Assembly: GCA_965207225.1 (NCBI GenBank)
Contig: CBDBLV010000005.1
Location: forward strand, 1,056,001 to 1,120,000
DNA from: Dehalococcoidia bacterium
GTDB lineage: Bacteria > Chloroflexota > Dehalococcoidia > Plut-88900
Direction of reading: 5' to 3'
Length of the DNA stretch: 64,000 nucleotides
Below the pieces are notes generated by a model. That model was not told the origin of the DNA. It saw only the letters and a list, made by a program, of their open reading frames with translations, and ran no database searches. Below are positions 18,537 through 28,659 of the stretch, piece by piece. Numbering within the stretch: the stretch's first letter is position 1; the number at the start of each line of letters is the position of its first letter. The translations under genes were made by a program, and so were the position numbers.

Positions 18537-19961
18537 TTACTGGGTTGCTATGATGTACTGCTCTTCAGCCCAGGCCAGGTTCTGTCCGAGGTAGACCTCG
18601 TCGAGGACGATGCCGTAGGGGGCGTTGGCCCCGGAAGTGGGCAGATGGTCCCGTACATCGTCGAATTCGGGGCCGTCCAGTATCGCAATGGACTTCCGGT
18701 TCACCGGCCCGTAGGAGATGTACTTGGACAGCTGCGCGTTGATTTCGGGGAAGGTTACCCAGGCCAGGTACAGGTTGGCCAGTTCGTACCTTTCGGGATA
18801 CAGCTCTTTCATGCCTCTGGGCAGGGCGTGTCCGCTCACGTTGATGATGTGGCCGCATTCCCAGCAGACCCGGATGGGTGCGCCTTCCTTGGCCGCATCG
18901 AAGATGCGTCCGTTATAGGCGCTGCACATTTCCACTTCCCCGCTTATGAGCATCTCGGGGCATTGCGAACCGGAGTTCCAGTAGATGATGTCGCTGCCTG
19001 CGTTGTCGGTCCACTCGTCAAACCAGGCGAAGTCTTCTTCCATCTGCTCACGGCTGGGGGTGTTGGCGGCCTGGCGACCCTCGGCAGTGTGCAGCAGTTC
19101 GGGTTCACGGGCCAGCCTGGTGAACTGGACGTGTCCGCCCCAGGCCACGCCGTGGCGGAGGGCCCGGCGGCCGGGGAACTTCTCCAGGTCGTAGAAGTCG
19201 GCCCAGGACTCGGGGCCTGTGCCCTCGGGGTACTTGTCGGTGTTGTAGGCCATGACGATGGACCAAGTAACGTCTCCGCCGGCCATGTAGGGAGAGAGGT
19301 TCTGAATGATGTCCAGCACGTCCCGGATGTCGATCACGCTCAAGTCCAGCTCGTCCAGGGAATTGGTCTCTATGAGAGCCGTGGCGTCCGCAACGCCGAG
19401 GGTAGTCACGTCCCAACCTATGTTGCCCGTTTCCGCAGCCGCTACCCATTTGGCCAGATTCGGGGTGGGGGTATCCTCGATTATTTCGATGCCAAACTGT
19501 TCCGTGAAAGGCATGGAGTAGGCCTGTCTCACTGCAGCCGTGAAGGCGCCTCCCGGCCCGAGGGCAATGAGGCTCTTGCCCCGGTGCTTCTCCAGCTCCG
19601 CTTCTATTTCGGCCAGCGTTGCCGGGTTTTCCACCGTCCACTGGTCCCTCGGCCTCAACGTCGACTCCGGCTCGGGCATGGCCGTGGGTTCCGGCATGGC
19701 CGTAGGCTCTGGCATAGCCGTGGGCTCCGGTTCAGACGGATCTTCCGTTGCGGTCACCACCTGCCCGGGCACTGCTGTGGCCGTGGGCTGGGGGGTGGCG
19801 GTGGGTTGGGGATCTTCGGTGGTGGTGTCGGGCTCGGGAGTTGCGGTGGCGCCCTCTCCACAAGCTACTACGACAAGCATGGCAATCAAGAGAAGGGGCA
19901 GGATGCCAAAGATAAACCTCTTTGCCGTCCTGTTCCGCTTCAATATATGGGCGTCTATCAT
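18537..19961 (-). CDS. ABC transporter substrate-binding lipoprotein (PotD/spermidine-putrescine-like)
   Basis: Lipobox VVAC; Pro/Thr linker; P.SWADFYDLEKFPGRRALR; AYNGRI. Confidence 0.85.
   Translation of the reverse strand: MIDAHILKRNRTAKRFIFGILPLLLIAMLVVVACGEGATATPEPDTTTEDPQPTATPQPTATAVPGQVVTATEDPSEPEPTAMPEPTAMPEPTAMPEPESTLRPRDQWTVENPATLAEIEAELEKHRGKSLIALGPGGAFTAAVRQAYSMPFTEQFGIEIIEDTPTPNLAKWVAAAETGNIGWDVTTLGVADATALIETNSLDELDLSVIDIRDVLDIIQNLSPYMAGGDVTWSIVMAYNTDKYPEGTGPESWADFYDLEKFPGRRALRHGVAWGGHVQFTRLAREPELLHTAEGRQAANTPSREQMEEDFAWFDEWTDNAGSDIIYWNSGSQCPEMLISGEVEMCSAYNGRIFDAAKEGAPIRVCWECGHIINVSGHALPRGMKELYPERYELANLYLAWVTFPEINAQLSKYISYGPVNRKSIAILDGPEFDDVRDHLPTSGANAPYGIVLDEVYLGQNLAWAEEQYIIATQ
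19666..19735 (-). repeat. 18-bp coding tandem repeat (PEPTAM x3) in lipoprotein linker
   Basis: Translation PEPTAMPEPTAMPEPTAMPEP. Confidence 0.8.
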
Positions 19962-20135
19962 CTAAATCCTCCGTCCGGTGCAGTTGTTCGTGCTGTCACT
20001 CTTCGCGGCCTGCTTCGAAACTCGCGTTACCGTTGTTTATACGCTATATGGACTCCTCCTTCAGTGGCTTGGGTTATCTTGATAAGGCGGGGTTTTGGTG
20101 GGTTTAAGCACTGTGCCTGAAATCTCCTGTGGAGA

Positions 20136-21857
20136 CTAGCTGACCATATCGTAGCTGCGGAGCAGTTTGCCGGGCAGGGCGCCGGTGCACTCGCTGTCCT
20201 CAAAGGTGACCGTGCCGTTAACGATGGTGTAGCTAAGGCCCGTGGGTTTTTGGATTAGTCGGCGCTCGCCGCCGGGGAAGTCGTTGGAGAAGATAGGCTT
20301 GTCGTAGACGAAGCCGAGCTCGTCCAGGTTGTAGACGATGATGTCGGCCCAGTTGCCTACACGGAGCGTGCCTCGGTCTTTGAAGTCGGTAATCCAGGCC
20401 GGCAGGGCGCTCATCTTGTAGTGGGCCTGCTCCAGGGTCATGAGGTTGCGGTCCCGGATCCAGAAGGTAAGCCAGTAGATGGGCCAAGTGCTGTGGGTGT
20501 TGAATATGGTGTGGGCGCCGCCGTCTGAGACGGAGATATGGGAGATGGGGTTGAGGAGCGCGGGTCTGCGGACTTCCACGTCCTCGGGGGTGTCCTGGGG
20601 AGGAAGGATGAACTCGGTCTCGAGATTTTCATCGAGGGCTAGGTCGAGAAAGGCGTCCAGGGGGTCTTTACCCTGGATGTCGGCCACCTGCTGAACGGTC
20701 ATGCCCTCGTATTGCTCGTTCCGCTCCTTCGAGACCTGCAACACGAGCATGTTTGCCCAGTTAGTCATGCGGAAGGCCGGCGACAGGGCGGTCTCGGAGC
20801 GTTTGGCCTCTTCCACGTCCCGCCTCATCGCGGCTCGGGTAGCGGGGTCCCTCAGCTTGGCGGAGCGCTCCTCGACGGTCCCGACGAGGGGCTGAATCCA
20901 GTTGGGCATGAAGTCGTAGAGGTTGAACTCCGACAGCCTGAACTCCATGGCGGGGGCGGTACTGGTCTGCTGCATGACCAAGGGGAGGCCCTCCCGTCGG
21001 CATTCCTCCATCCAGTCCGCCCCGTCATCGTTGGCGTTGAGCAGGCTGAAGGGCCGGCCGCTCAATCTCATCATCTCGGCGGTCATGTCGAGGACGGAGG
21101 CGCGCTCCTCGGGGCTGAGGCCCAGGCCCATGGTGAGGCCCATGTGGCCCACCCCGAATTCCCCCAACACCTCAGATAGACCGAGGAATTCTTCCGTTGA
21201 AGCGACGTGGCTGGGAAGGGAGCCGCCGTCTTCGGGTCGGTCCTCAAGGTTTTTGTTGAAGGAGAATCCGAAGGCTCCAGCTTTCATCGCTTCGTGAAAG
21301 ATCTCTTTCATACGGTTGAGTTCGGCATCCGTTACGGAGGTCCTTTCCCGGGCCTCCATCATGCCGAGAACGTAGCCGCGCATGGGTGAGAAGGGGAAGA
21401 CGGAACCCACGTTAACGCCCAACCCCTGGCGGTCCAGGCTGTCCATGTATTCCGGGAAGGTCTCCCAGTCCCAACGCAGCCCAAGGCGCATGGACTTCAG
21501 GGGGATGGCCTCGATGCGGTTCATCATGCGCATGTTGAGGTCTCGGTCCTCGGGCTTGGTGGGGGCGAAGCCGAAACCGCATTCGCCGATGGTAAGGGAG
21601 GTGACTCCGAACCAGCCTGAAAGGGAAGCGTAGGGGTCCCAGTTGAGCTGGGCATCGTAGTGGGTGTGCATGTCGATGGCACCGGGGGCGACGATGCAGC
21701 CTTGGGCGTCGATCTCTTTGGCGCTTCCAGGGTTGATCTTGCCACTTATCCTGGCTATGCGGCCGTTTTTGACCGCGAGGTCGGCGCGGTAGCGGGGGAT
21801 GCCCGTGCCATCCACAATGGTGCCACCACGAATAACAAGATCATATTCGGCCATCAC
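20136..21857 (-). CDS. N-acyl-D-amino-acid deacylase / amidohydrolase family protein
   Basis: YDLVIRGGTIVDGTG...APGAIDMHTHYDAQ...SDGGAH...RGTLRVGNWADI. Confidence 0.9.
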   Translation of the reverse strand: MMAEYDLVIRGGTIVDGTGIPRYRADLAVKNGRIARISGKINPGSAKEIDAQGCIVAPGAIDMHTHYDAQLNWDPYASLSGWFGVTSLTIGECGFGFAPTKPEDRDLNMRMMNRIEAIPLKSMRLGLRWDWETFPEYMDSLDRQGLGVNVGSVFPFSPMRGYVLGMMEARERTSVTDAELNRMKEIFHEAMKAGAFGFSFNKNLEDRPEDGGSLPSHVASTEEFLGLSEVLGEFGVGHMGLTMGLGLSPEERASVLDMTAEMMRLSGRPFSLLNANDDGADWMEECRREGLPLVMQQTSTAPAMEFRLSEFNLYDFMPNWIQPLVGTVEERSAKLRDPATRAAMRRDVEEAKRSETALSPAFRMTNWANMLVLQVSKERNEQYEGMTVQQVADIQGKDPLDAFLDLALDENLETEFILPPQDTPEDVEVRRPALLNPISHISVSDGGAHTIFNTHSTWPIYWLTFWIRDRNLMTLEQAHYKMSALPAWITDFKDRGTLRVGNWADIIVYNLDELGFVYDKPIFSNDFPGGERRLIQKPTGLSYTIVNGTVTFEDSECTGALPGKLLRSYDMVS

Positions 21858-22028
21858 GCCCCCTTTTTCTCATGCATTACTAAGGCTGCCGGCAATTGCT
21901 CGGGGATGAAGGGAGGTTATCATAGGCAGGTTGGCCTTGCAAGAAATCAAGTGTCAGGGGTCATGTTATTCTCATTGGGCAGTTGCGCCCGTTAATGCCA
22001 GCCACTTTGTTTGCTGCAGGAGTACACC

Positions 22029-22832
22029 ATGATTATGCCCAACACGTTCCGCAAGAAGCTTGCTGCCGGGAAACCGACTATCGGGACTCACTACCTATCG
22101 CCCGATCCCGACATCCCCGAAATCATCGGAGACACGGGGCTATTCGACTATGCGGAGTACTGCGCCGAATACTCCACCTTCAACATGCGGGAGCTTTATC
22201 ACATGGCCCGGGCGGGACAGGCGGGCAATCTGCCCCTGATGATCAAACTGGACCAGGAGGCCCAGGGGTTCTGGGCGCAGGCAGCGTGGGGAGCGGGCTT
22301 CAAGGCCATCCTGTTCACCGACATCAGGACGCCAGAAGACGTGGAGACGGTCTGCAGCTACATCAGGCCCGACACCCCGAAAAGCGGTGGCCTAATGGGT
22401 GTGAAGATCCGGCGGCCGGCGCTGTCGGGATTCGAGCCCGAGGCTTACATGGAGGACCTGGAATCAGTGGTGATTGCCATCATGATCGAGAAGAATGTGG
22501 CGGTGGAGAATATCGATGGGATATTGAGCAGGGCGAGGGAGTTGGATGTAGACATGACCCAGTGGGGGCCTGCGGACTTCGGGTTTTCTCGGGCGGAGCC
22601 GGGGCTGATGTATACGGATGAGATACGCCCCTTTGAAGAGCTGGTTATCCGGAAGTCGATCGAGCACGGGGTGCCGCCCCGGATAGAGATCGCGGAGCCG
22701 GAGCAGGCGAAGCGCTACATAGAGATGGGAGTGCGGCACTTCTGCATCGGGTGGGACCGGTTCATCTACCAGTCGGCGCTGGACCGGATCGGCAAGGGCA
22801 TCCGCAAGGTGGTCAATGAAGCCGAACTCTAG
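22029..22832 (+). CDS. HpcH/HpaI aldolase family protein
   Basis: FRKKLAAGKPTIG...AIMIEK...WGPADF; AGGAG RBS. Confidence 0.8.
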   Translation: MIMPNTFRKKLAAGKPTIGTHYLSPDPDIPEIIGDTGLFDYAEYCAEYSTFNMRELYHMARAGQAGNLPLMIKLDQEAQGFWAQAAWGAGFKAILFTDIRTPEDVETVCSYIRPDTPKSGGLMGVKIRRPALSGFEPEAYMEDLESVVIAIMIEKNVAVENIDGILSRARELDVDMTQWGPADFGFSRAEPGLMYTDEIRPFEELVIRKSIEHGVPPRIEIAEPEQAKRYIEMGVRHFCIGWDRFIYQSALDRIGKGIRKVVNEAEL

Positions 22833-23151
22833 CGCCGGGAGGCTCATCGTCCTTAGGGGATGCCAGGCGGCAACGATCCTGTAACCTGCTGCTCTGCTTG
22901 ATCGCCAGCTTTTCACCCGGCAAACGTGTTCCCTGCCAACACGATACTCGTTCCGGTCTGTAAACCCTCTGGGAGATTTCAACCGGGCGGAGGTGGGAAG
23001 GGTGACGGCCTTGGCGGTCAGTGGAAGCTCTTGCATGCAGGGCTGCCGATATGAATTCACCATACCTCTTTGCGGCGTGTTGCTCTTTCTTTTTGCTTTA
23101 CACGTTTCCCCCTAGTACCCCCATCGCACCGGTCCATTCCCGCTTCTCTAT

Positions 23152-23275
23152 TTAGTTGCTATGGGCATGGCGTACGAGATCACCCATGCCGCAACCCTTT
23201 TCTTTTATGACCTGTTCGAGCGCGGTCACTTCAGGGTGCAGGGAAAAGGTGACGTCCTTTTTGTTCCAAGCAATA
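23152..23275 (-). pseudogene. degenerate remnant of an RHH gene homologous to 12104..12307
   Basis: NKKDVTFSLHPEVTALEQVIKEKGCGMGDLVRHA vs NRKAITFSLPPEMDEQVRRFIEEEDRTMSEFLREA; no start codon at the expected position. Confidence 0.5.
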
Positions 23276-23366
23276 GTGGAAACTGAGACAGGCCGACTCC
23301 AACATACCAATCCGCCCCGTCCAACGATTGTAAAGGACAGGTGGGACTGCCGAGAGAAATCGGGGG

Positions 23367-23405
23367 TTGACAAGGGTGACAACTAATTGATATCTTATCC
23401 CACTT
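23367..23405 (+). promoter_or_regulatory. sigma70-type promoter with possible Fur/Zur-type operator
   Basis: TTGACA (23367) and extended -10 TGaTATCTT (23388-23396); AT-rich imperfect palindrome over the -10, upstream of a zinc-binding protein. Confidence 0.4.
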
Positions 23406-23473
23406 GTAATCCAGGTTAGGTTATAAGCAATCGAGTTTAGCTATATTGACTCGGAAGGAGAACGACACACATA

Positions 23474-25900
23474 ATGATATTTTCTCTCAATAAACGCCTG
23501 GGGCTTCTAGCTAGGACGGGAGCTTTGGCCCTTGTCCTGTTAGCGGCCGTCTTTCTGGCTGCCTGCGCGGGCGAGGACCCCACACAGCCCGCAGAAAGTC
23601 CACAGCCCACGGAAAGACCACAGCCTACAGCTACTTCTACTAGTGCCCCGGCTACCTCTACCACCGCTCCTGACCCTACCGCGACACCAAGTCCGGATAC
23701 AGATCCGGATACGGCGCCCGACGAGGAGACCGCCACGCCTTCAAGACCGCCGGTCCAGGTGGTTGCCACCTCCAATATAGTTGCCGACTGGGCCGAGGTG
23801 GTAGGCGGGGATAGGGTTGAAGTCTTCAGCCTGCATTCACCGGGCAGCGACCCGCACAATCTCGTGCCGGGAGCCCGCGACGTGGCCAGGGTAGCCGACG
23901 CAGATCTTGTGTTGTCCATCGGTCTTGGCCTCGAGGCCGTCTGGTTTGATGACCTTGTACAAAACGCCAGCGCAGATCCATCTAAGATTGTCGCGCTTGG
24001 CGACGGTGTGGATCCCCTTGAGTTCTCCGAAGATGGCCATCACGACGACCATGATGATCACGACGACCACGATGATGACCATGACGATCACGATGACCAC
24101 GGCAAGATGGCCATGGGGCGTCTGCTCGTTGCGGATGCGGTAGAAGCGCACCTCTCCGTCATCGATCTATCGACCGATGACGTTGACAGCGGAATCTTCG
24201 ACGTCGCCGCACCCGGCGCGAACGTGTACGCCAGCCCAACCCACCGCTATGGCATCGTCCTGGCCCGCGGGCCCGAGGCCGACGATGACCGCATCCACGT
24301 CTTCGACGGCGGAGTCTTCCTCGTCAAACACGGCGATCACTACGACCTTGTCCAGGCGCCGGTGTCCCGGCACTCGCTGGAAATAGCGGAAGAGTTGCCA
24401 ATTCACTACGTCAACAATCACGGCTGGACATCCATCTTCTCCGACGCCCGAGGTCACGTGTTCATGATCAATGAAGAGATGCTGGCTATGGCCCAGGGCG
24501 ACTATCAGCCGATCGTGTTGGACGCCGGACCCCAGCATGGCGCCGCGCTTGCCATCTCGGATGACCTGGTAATCGTTTCTACAAAGAACCCTGATTATCC
24601 CGAGAACTCCAACGACAGCCTTCCGGTGGGCGTGGAGGTGCGCAATCTGGACGACCAGGTCGTAGACGATCGTAGCAACCGCAGCTGCCCCGGCCTGCAC
24701 GGCGAGTCCCACAACGACAAAGGGGCAATGTTCGGCTGCGCCGGCGGTGTGCTTTTCATCGAGCCCCATGGCGATCACTTCGACCACGAGTTCATTGAAA
24801 ACGCGCCCGAGATGCGCGAAGGCTCTCGGGTCATGGTGGTCTACGGTCACCACCATGCCGAGCATTTCTTTGGCCATGTCTTTAACATCGGCAGCCAGGG
24901 CTTCGCCGACGATGGCATTTGGCTGATCGACGTGGAGCACGGCGAAATGCGCCAGGTGTTCAGCGAGCCAAGCGTTGTTCCCGCGAAGTTCTCCAGCGAT
25001 GGCGACCTATTGTTCACGATAGGCGTTGACGGCGTGTTGCACGTGCTCGACGCGCACGATGGCGACCTGATTGAGACTATGGATCTGGTCGAGCCCACCG
25101 ATGCGGGGCCCGGTCAGCCGGGCAACCCCGCCATGGTCGTCGTCGGCGAGTGGCTCTACGTCGCTGACCCGAATAGCGGTCATGTCCTCGGCGTCCATCT
25201 CGAACACATGGAGATCGAGGAGGAATGGCATCTCGGCGGCGCGCCGTCGAGCCTGGCGTTCGTAGGAGTCGCCGACTCGGACGATGACCATGACGACCAC
25301 GACGACCATGATGACCACGACGACCACGATGACCACGATGACCATGACGATCATGCAGGGCACGACCACGGGCCCCTGGACCCCCACTTCTGGTTCGATC
25401 CGAATCGGGTGAAGATCGCAGTCAACGATATAGCAGCCCGGCTTTCGGCCCTGGACCCCGAGGGTGCAGCTTTCTACTTCCAGAACGCAGCCGAATACGG
25501 AGTAGAGCTTGACGAGCTGCACTCCTGGATTGAGGAGCAGGTCAGCGTGGTGCAGCCGGAGCGCAGGCTGCTGGTTACTTCCCATGACACCTTCGCCTAC
25601 TTTGCGGATGTCTACGGGTTTGAGGTAATCGGCGCCATCATTCCTTCCCTGGCCCCTGATGTGGAGCCCTCCGCTGAGCATCTCGCGGGACTGGTCGAGG
25701 TGATCCGGGAGCACAATGCGCCGGCGGTATTCAGCGAAACGACGGTCAGCGGAAAGCTGCCGGAGGCCCTGGCAAATGAGACTGGAGCAGTGTTTGCCCA
25801 GCTCTATGCAGACTCTCTGGGTGAAAAAGGCAGCGCAGCCGGCACATACCTCGGCATGGTGCGAGCGAACGTGGAAACCCTTGTTGCGGCGCTGAGATGA
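23474..25900 (+). CDS. zinc ABC substrate-binding lipoprotein (ZnuA/AztC-type) with inserted AztD-like domain
   Basis: Lipobox LAAC; VVAT...DPH, DPHFWFDP, TSHD, ADSL ligand motifs; about 390-aa insert with HGDHY, QHGAA, CPGLHGE, FGC between two His/Asp tracts. Confidence 0.85.
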   Translation: MIFSLNKRLGLLARTGALALVLLAAVFLAACAGEDPTQPAESPQPTERPQPTATSTSAPATSTTAPDPTATPSPDTDPDTAPDEETATPSRPPVQVVATSNIVADWAEVVGGDRVEVFSLHSPGSDPHNLVPGARDVARVADADLVLSIGLGLEAVWFDDLVQNASADPSKIVALGDGVDPLEFSEDGHHDDHDDHDDHDDDHDDHDDHGKMAMGRLLVADAVEAHLSVIDLSTDDVDSGIFDVAAPGANVYASPTHRYGIVLARGPEADDDRIHVFDGGVFLVKHGDHYDLVQAPVSRHSLEIAEELPIHYVNNHGWTSIFSDARGHVFMINEEMLAMAQGDYQPIVLDAGPQHGAALAISDDLVIVSTKNPDYPENSNDSLPVGVEVRNLDDQVVDDRSNRSCPGLHGESHNDKGAMFGCAGGVLFIEPHGDHFDHEFIENAPEMREGSRVMVVYGHHHAEHFFGHVFNIGSQGFADDGIWLIDVEHGEMRQVFSEPSVVPAKFSSDGDLLFTIGVDGVLHVLDAHDGDLIETMDLVEPTDAGPGQPGNPAMVVVGEWLYVADPNSGHVLGVHLEHMEIEEEWHLGGAPSSLAFVGVADSDDDHDDHDDHDDHDDHDDHDDHDDHAGHDHGPLDPHFWFDPNRVKIAVNDIAARLSALDPEGAAFYFQNAAEYGVELDELHSWIEEQVSVVQPERRLLVTSHDTFAYFADVYGFEVIGAIIPSLAPDVEPSAEHLAGLVEVIREHNAPAVFSETTVSGKLPEALANETGAVFAQLYADSLGEKGSAAGTYLGMVRANVETLVAALR
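24037..24100 (+). repeat. His/Asp (HDD)n coding repeat 1
   Basis: GHHDDHDDHDDHDDDHDDHDDH. Confidence 0.9.
25281..25370 (+). repeat. His/Asp (HDD)n coding repeat 2
   Basis: DDDHDDHDDHDDHDDHDDHDDHDDHAGHDH. Confidence 0.9.
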
Positions 25901-26003
25901 ACCGGGGTCCAAACTCACGTAATGGGGATATGCAGGTTCAGGAGATCAGCTGGCGATAAACAACTTGACGGATTCCCGGAAGCCCGGGCCTATGGAGTCC
26001 GCT

Positions 26004-26035
26004 TAGACCGGGGGGCGATCCCCTCCCCCCGGTCT
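26004..26035. terminator. GC-rich hairpin downstream of the zinc-binding protein gene
   Basis: AGACCGGGGG ... CCCCCGGTCT stem. Confidence 0.4.
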
Positions 26036-26169
26036 GTCGCACCCAATTCGTTCATCGCCCTCGTACTTCACGTGCCGCATAGCGATTAGCAAGGTGATAT
26101 CTGGGTGTCGTCACGGTGCACCAAATCCGTTTGCCATGCGGAGGCTTCTACTGTGGCGACCAACGCCGG

Positions 26170-26365
26170 CGAGATGGTGCTTGACGCCGGGCCCCGACTC
26201 ATCAAAAGAGTCCTGTGTGGCTCATCAGCGATATGCTAAAGTGGCTTTGCCACTTATCCCCTGAAATGGGTGACCTCGCTGCGCTTCGAGATGGTCTGAG
26301 ATTCTGTAGACCACCTTGAGGATTCGTATAGGCTAGAAGCGCCGGTACTGCTCATCCACTGGGGG
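26170..26365 (+). pseudogene. degenerate 3' remnant of an alpha/beta hydrolase paralogue
   Basis: PLKWVTSLRFEMV*DSVDHLEDSYRLEAPVLLIH vs PMKWISSLRYGVDWEAMDYLKDADRLKGPILLIH of the intact gene downstream. Confidence 0.65.
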
Positions 26366-26403
26366 ATGCCAGGCAGTGACAATTGTCTAACCTGCTGTCT
26401 CTC

Positions 26404-27549
26404 ATGCGTCGGCGAATAAGCCGCAAGCGGATGCTGATAATCCTCATCTCGGTCCTGGCCTTCATATTGGCCGCAGTATTCGCCACGGCCTGGTATTACT
26501 CGGGGGTGCTGAACCAGCGAGCGCTGAAGGTGCGGCATGAACCCTTCAAACACAACCTAACGGCATCCGTGGTAGAAGAAGGGCTGGTCAGGCTGGAAGA
26601 TGGCCCGGAAGGGGGCAGGTGGAAGAACGTCGGCAAGTGGGGGCTCGAGTGGGACGGCGGAAGCGGGATGATCGGAGAAATCGTGGAGGAGGGCGGGGAT
26701 TTCGTGGTGCGCCGATTCACGCTGGCCGATGGGCACTCTCCGAATTCCGACTCCGCCCTGGTGTCAGGATACATCTATCCTCAGGACCCCTTCCTGGCCT
26801 TTGGCATCAAGTACGAAGATGTGCGATACGAAACGCCACTAGGCACTCAGGACGCCTGGCAGTTCGAAGGAGAGGGCGACACGTGGGTCATTTTCGTACA
26901 TGGTCATCGCGGGGGCCCGGAAGATGGGCTTGCCCTTGTGCCCATCCTGCACGACCTAGGGATCCCGTCTCTGTTCATCACGTATCGCAATGATGAGGGT
27001 CAGCCTCGGGACCCGGGGGGGATCCACCAGTTCGGCGCGACTGAGTGGGAAGACCTACATTCGGCGACGGAGTACGTGCTCTCCCAGCCGGATGCCCGCA
27101 ACATCGTGCTAATAGGCATCAGCATGGGCGGCGGAGTGATTGCGAAATTCCTCTATGAGTCTCCGCCGGCCAGTCGGGTGACGGGTGTGGTGCTGGACTC
27201 TCCCGTACTGGACTTCAAAGCGACGGTGGACTATGGCGCACGAAAGCTGCACCTGCCCGGCTTTGTAACCGCTCCCATGAAATGGATAAGCTCTTTGCGT
27301 TACGGAGTGGACTGGGAGGCCATGGACTACCTAAAGGATGCGGACAGGCTGAAAGGGCCGATTCTACTTATCCATGGAGAGAACGACGGACAGGTTCCGA
27401 TCGCCACTAGCAACGAACTTGCGGAGCTACGTCGGGACATAGTTACCTACAGCGTCTACCCGGACACCCCTCACGGTGGGTCCTGGAACGTGGACTCCGA
27501 ACGCTACGAACGGGAGCTCAAGGAATTCCTGAATTCGGTAGTCAAGTGA
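26404..27549 (+). CDS. membrane-anchored alpha/beta hydrolase
   Basis: N-terminal TM; VIFVHG, GISMGG nucleophile elbow, LLIHGEND, PH. Confidence 0.9.
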   Translation: MRRRISRKRMLIILISVLAFILAAVFATAWYYSGVLNQRALKVRHEPFKHNLTASVVEEGLVRLEDGPEGGRWKNVGKWGLEWDGGSGMIGEIVEEGGDFVVRRFTLADGHSPNSDSALVSGYIYPQDPFLAFGIKYEDVRYETPLGTQDAWQFEGEGDTWVIFVHGHRGGPEDGLALVPILHDLGIPSLFITYRNDEGQPRDPGGIHQFGATEWEDLHSATEYVLSQPDARNIVLIGISMGGGVIAKFLYESPPASRVTGVVLDSPVLDFKATVDYGARKLHLPGFVTAPMKWISSLRYGVDWEAMDYLKDADRLKGPILLIHGENDGQVPIATSNELAELRRDIVTYSVYPDTPHGGSWNVDSERYERELKEFLNSVVK

Positions 27550-27663
27550 CCACCGGAGGGAACCTGTAAAGGAGTCTTATTGCCGTTCATACCCTATTCG
27601 CTGGTAAACTTGCCTATAGCGCTCCCCTTAGGAAGATCACTCTAGCGAGTAAGCAAAAGTCCC

Positions 27664-28659
27664 ATGCCGCCCCTTCTGCAGATCAAGGACCTAAAGACCT
27701 ACTTCTACACCGAGGACGGTGTGGTCAAGGCTGTGGACGGCATCTCTTATTCGCTGGAGGCGGGGGAGACGATGGGGCTGGTCGGGGAGAGTGGATGCGG
27801 CAAAACCGTAAGTGCGCTTTCGTTGATGCGCCTGGTGCCCGAGCCCCCAGGAAGAATCGTGGAAGGCGTAGTGCTGCTGGAAGGCGAAGACCTGCTGAAG
27901 CTCGGTAAGGACCAGATGAGGAGACGTCGGGGGAAGGACATCGCGATGGTGTTCCAGGAGCCAATGACGTCCCTGAATCCGGTCTTGACCGTCGGGCGTC
28001 AGCTTACCGAGGCCCTGGAGATGCACCTCGGGCTATCCAAGGGCGCCGCGTACACCAGGGCAGGGGAGCTACTTGAAGAGGTCGGGATTCCAGACCCGGG
28101 GCGTCGGCTGGACGATTATCCTCACCGGATGAGCGGAGGCATGAGACAGCGCGTCATGGTGGCCATGGCACTGAGCTGCGAGCCCAAGGTCTTACTTGCG
28201 GACGAACCCACCACCGCTGTAGACGTAACGATACAGGCCCAACTCCTGGACCTGATAAACAGGCTTTCCAAGGAGCGAGGAACTGCGGTGGTTATCATCA
28301 CTCACAACCTGGGGGTCGTGGCCCGGTATGCGGACACGGTCAACGTGATGTACGCCGGACGGATTGTCGAAAGCTCATCGGCGCGAAATGTCTATGGGAC
28401 GCCGCGGCACCCGTACACCCTCGGGCTTCTGGCGTCGGTGCCCCGGCTTGACGAGAACATCAGGGAGCAGCTTGTACCGATCGAAGGCGCTCCCCCCGAC
28501 CTTGCCCACCGCCCGGCGGGCTGCTCCTTCCGACCCCGATGCTCTTTCGCCGTTGACGCCTGTGCAAACACTGACCCACCCCTGGGGCTGAAGGGCCCGG
28601 GTCACTCTGCGGCCTGCCTGGTGGACATGACCGCCCGGGCTCCGGAGCCCGTGGCATGA
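27664..28659 (+). CDS. oppD: oligopeptide/dipeptide ABC transporter ATP-binding protein
   Basis: [36 protein letters not shown]-terminal Cys cluster. Confidence 0.92.
   Translation: MPPLLQIKDLKTYFYTEDGVVKAVDGISYSLEAGETMGLVGESGCGKTVSALSLMRLVPEPPGRIVEGVVLLEGEDLLKLGKDQMRRRRGKDIAMVFQEPMTSLNPVLTVGRQLTEALEMHLGLSKGAAYTRAGELLEEVGIPDPGRRLDDYPHRMSGGMRQRVMVAMALSCEPKVLLADEPTTAVDVTIQAQLLDLINRLSKERGTAVVIITHNLGVVARYADTVNVMYAGRIVESSSARNVYGTPRHPYTLGLLASVPRLDENIREQLVPIEGAPPDLAHRPAGCSFRPRCSFAVDACANTDPPLGLKGPGHSAACLVDMTARAPEPVA

Noticed and set aside
18645-20120. 491-aa plus-strand ORF and similar long antisense ORFs (39346..40821, 46794..47975, 48356..49444, 50407..51534, 2436..3632)
   Set aside because: Shadows of well-supported opposite-strand genes in high-GC DNA, with no recognisable motifs
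22831-22900. SAM-I or cobalamin riboswitch
   Set aside because: Only isolated words (CTCATC, GGCAAC, ACCTGC) match; core stems cannot be built, and the second copy overlaps a coding relic
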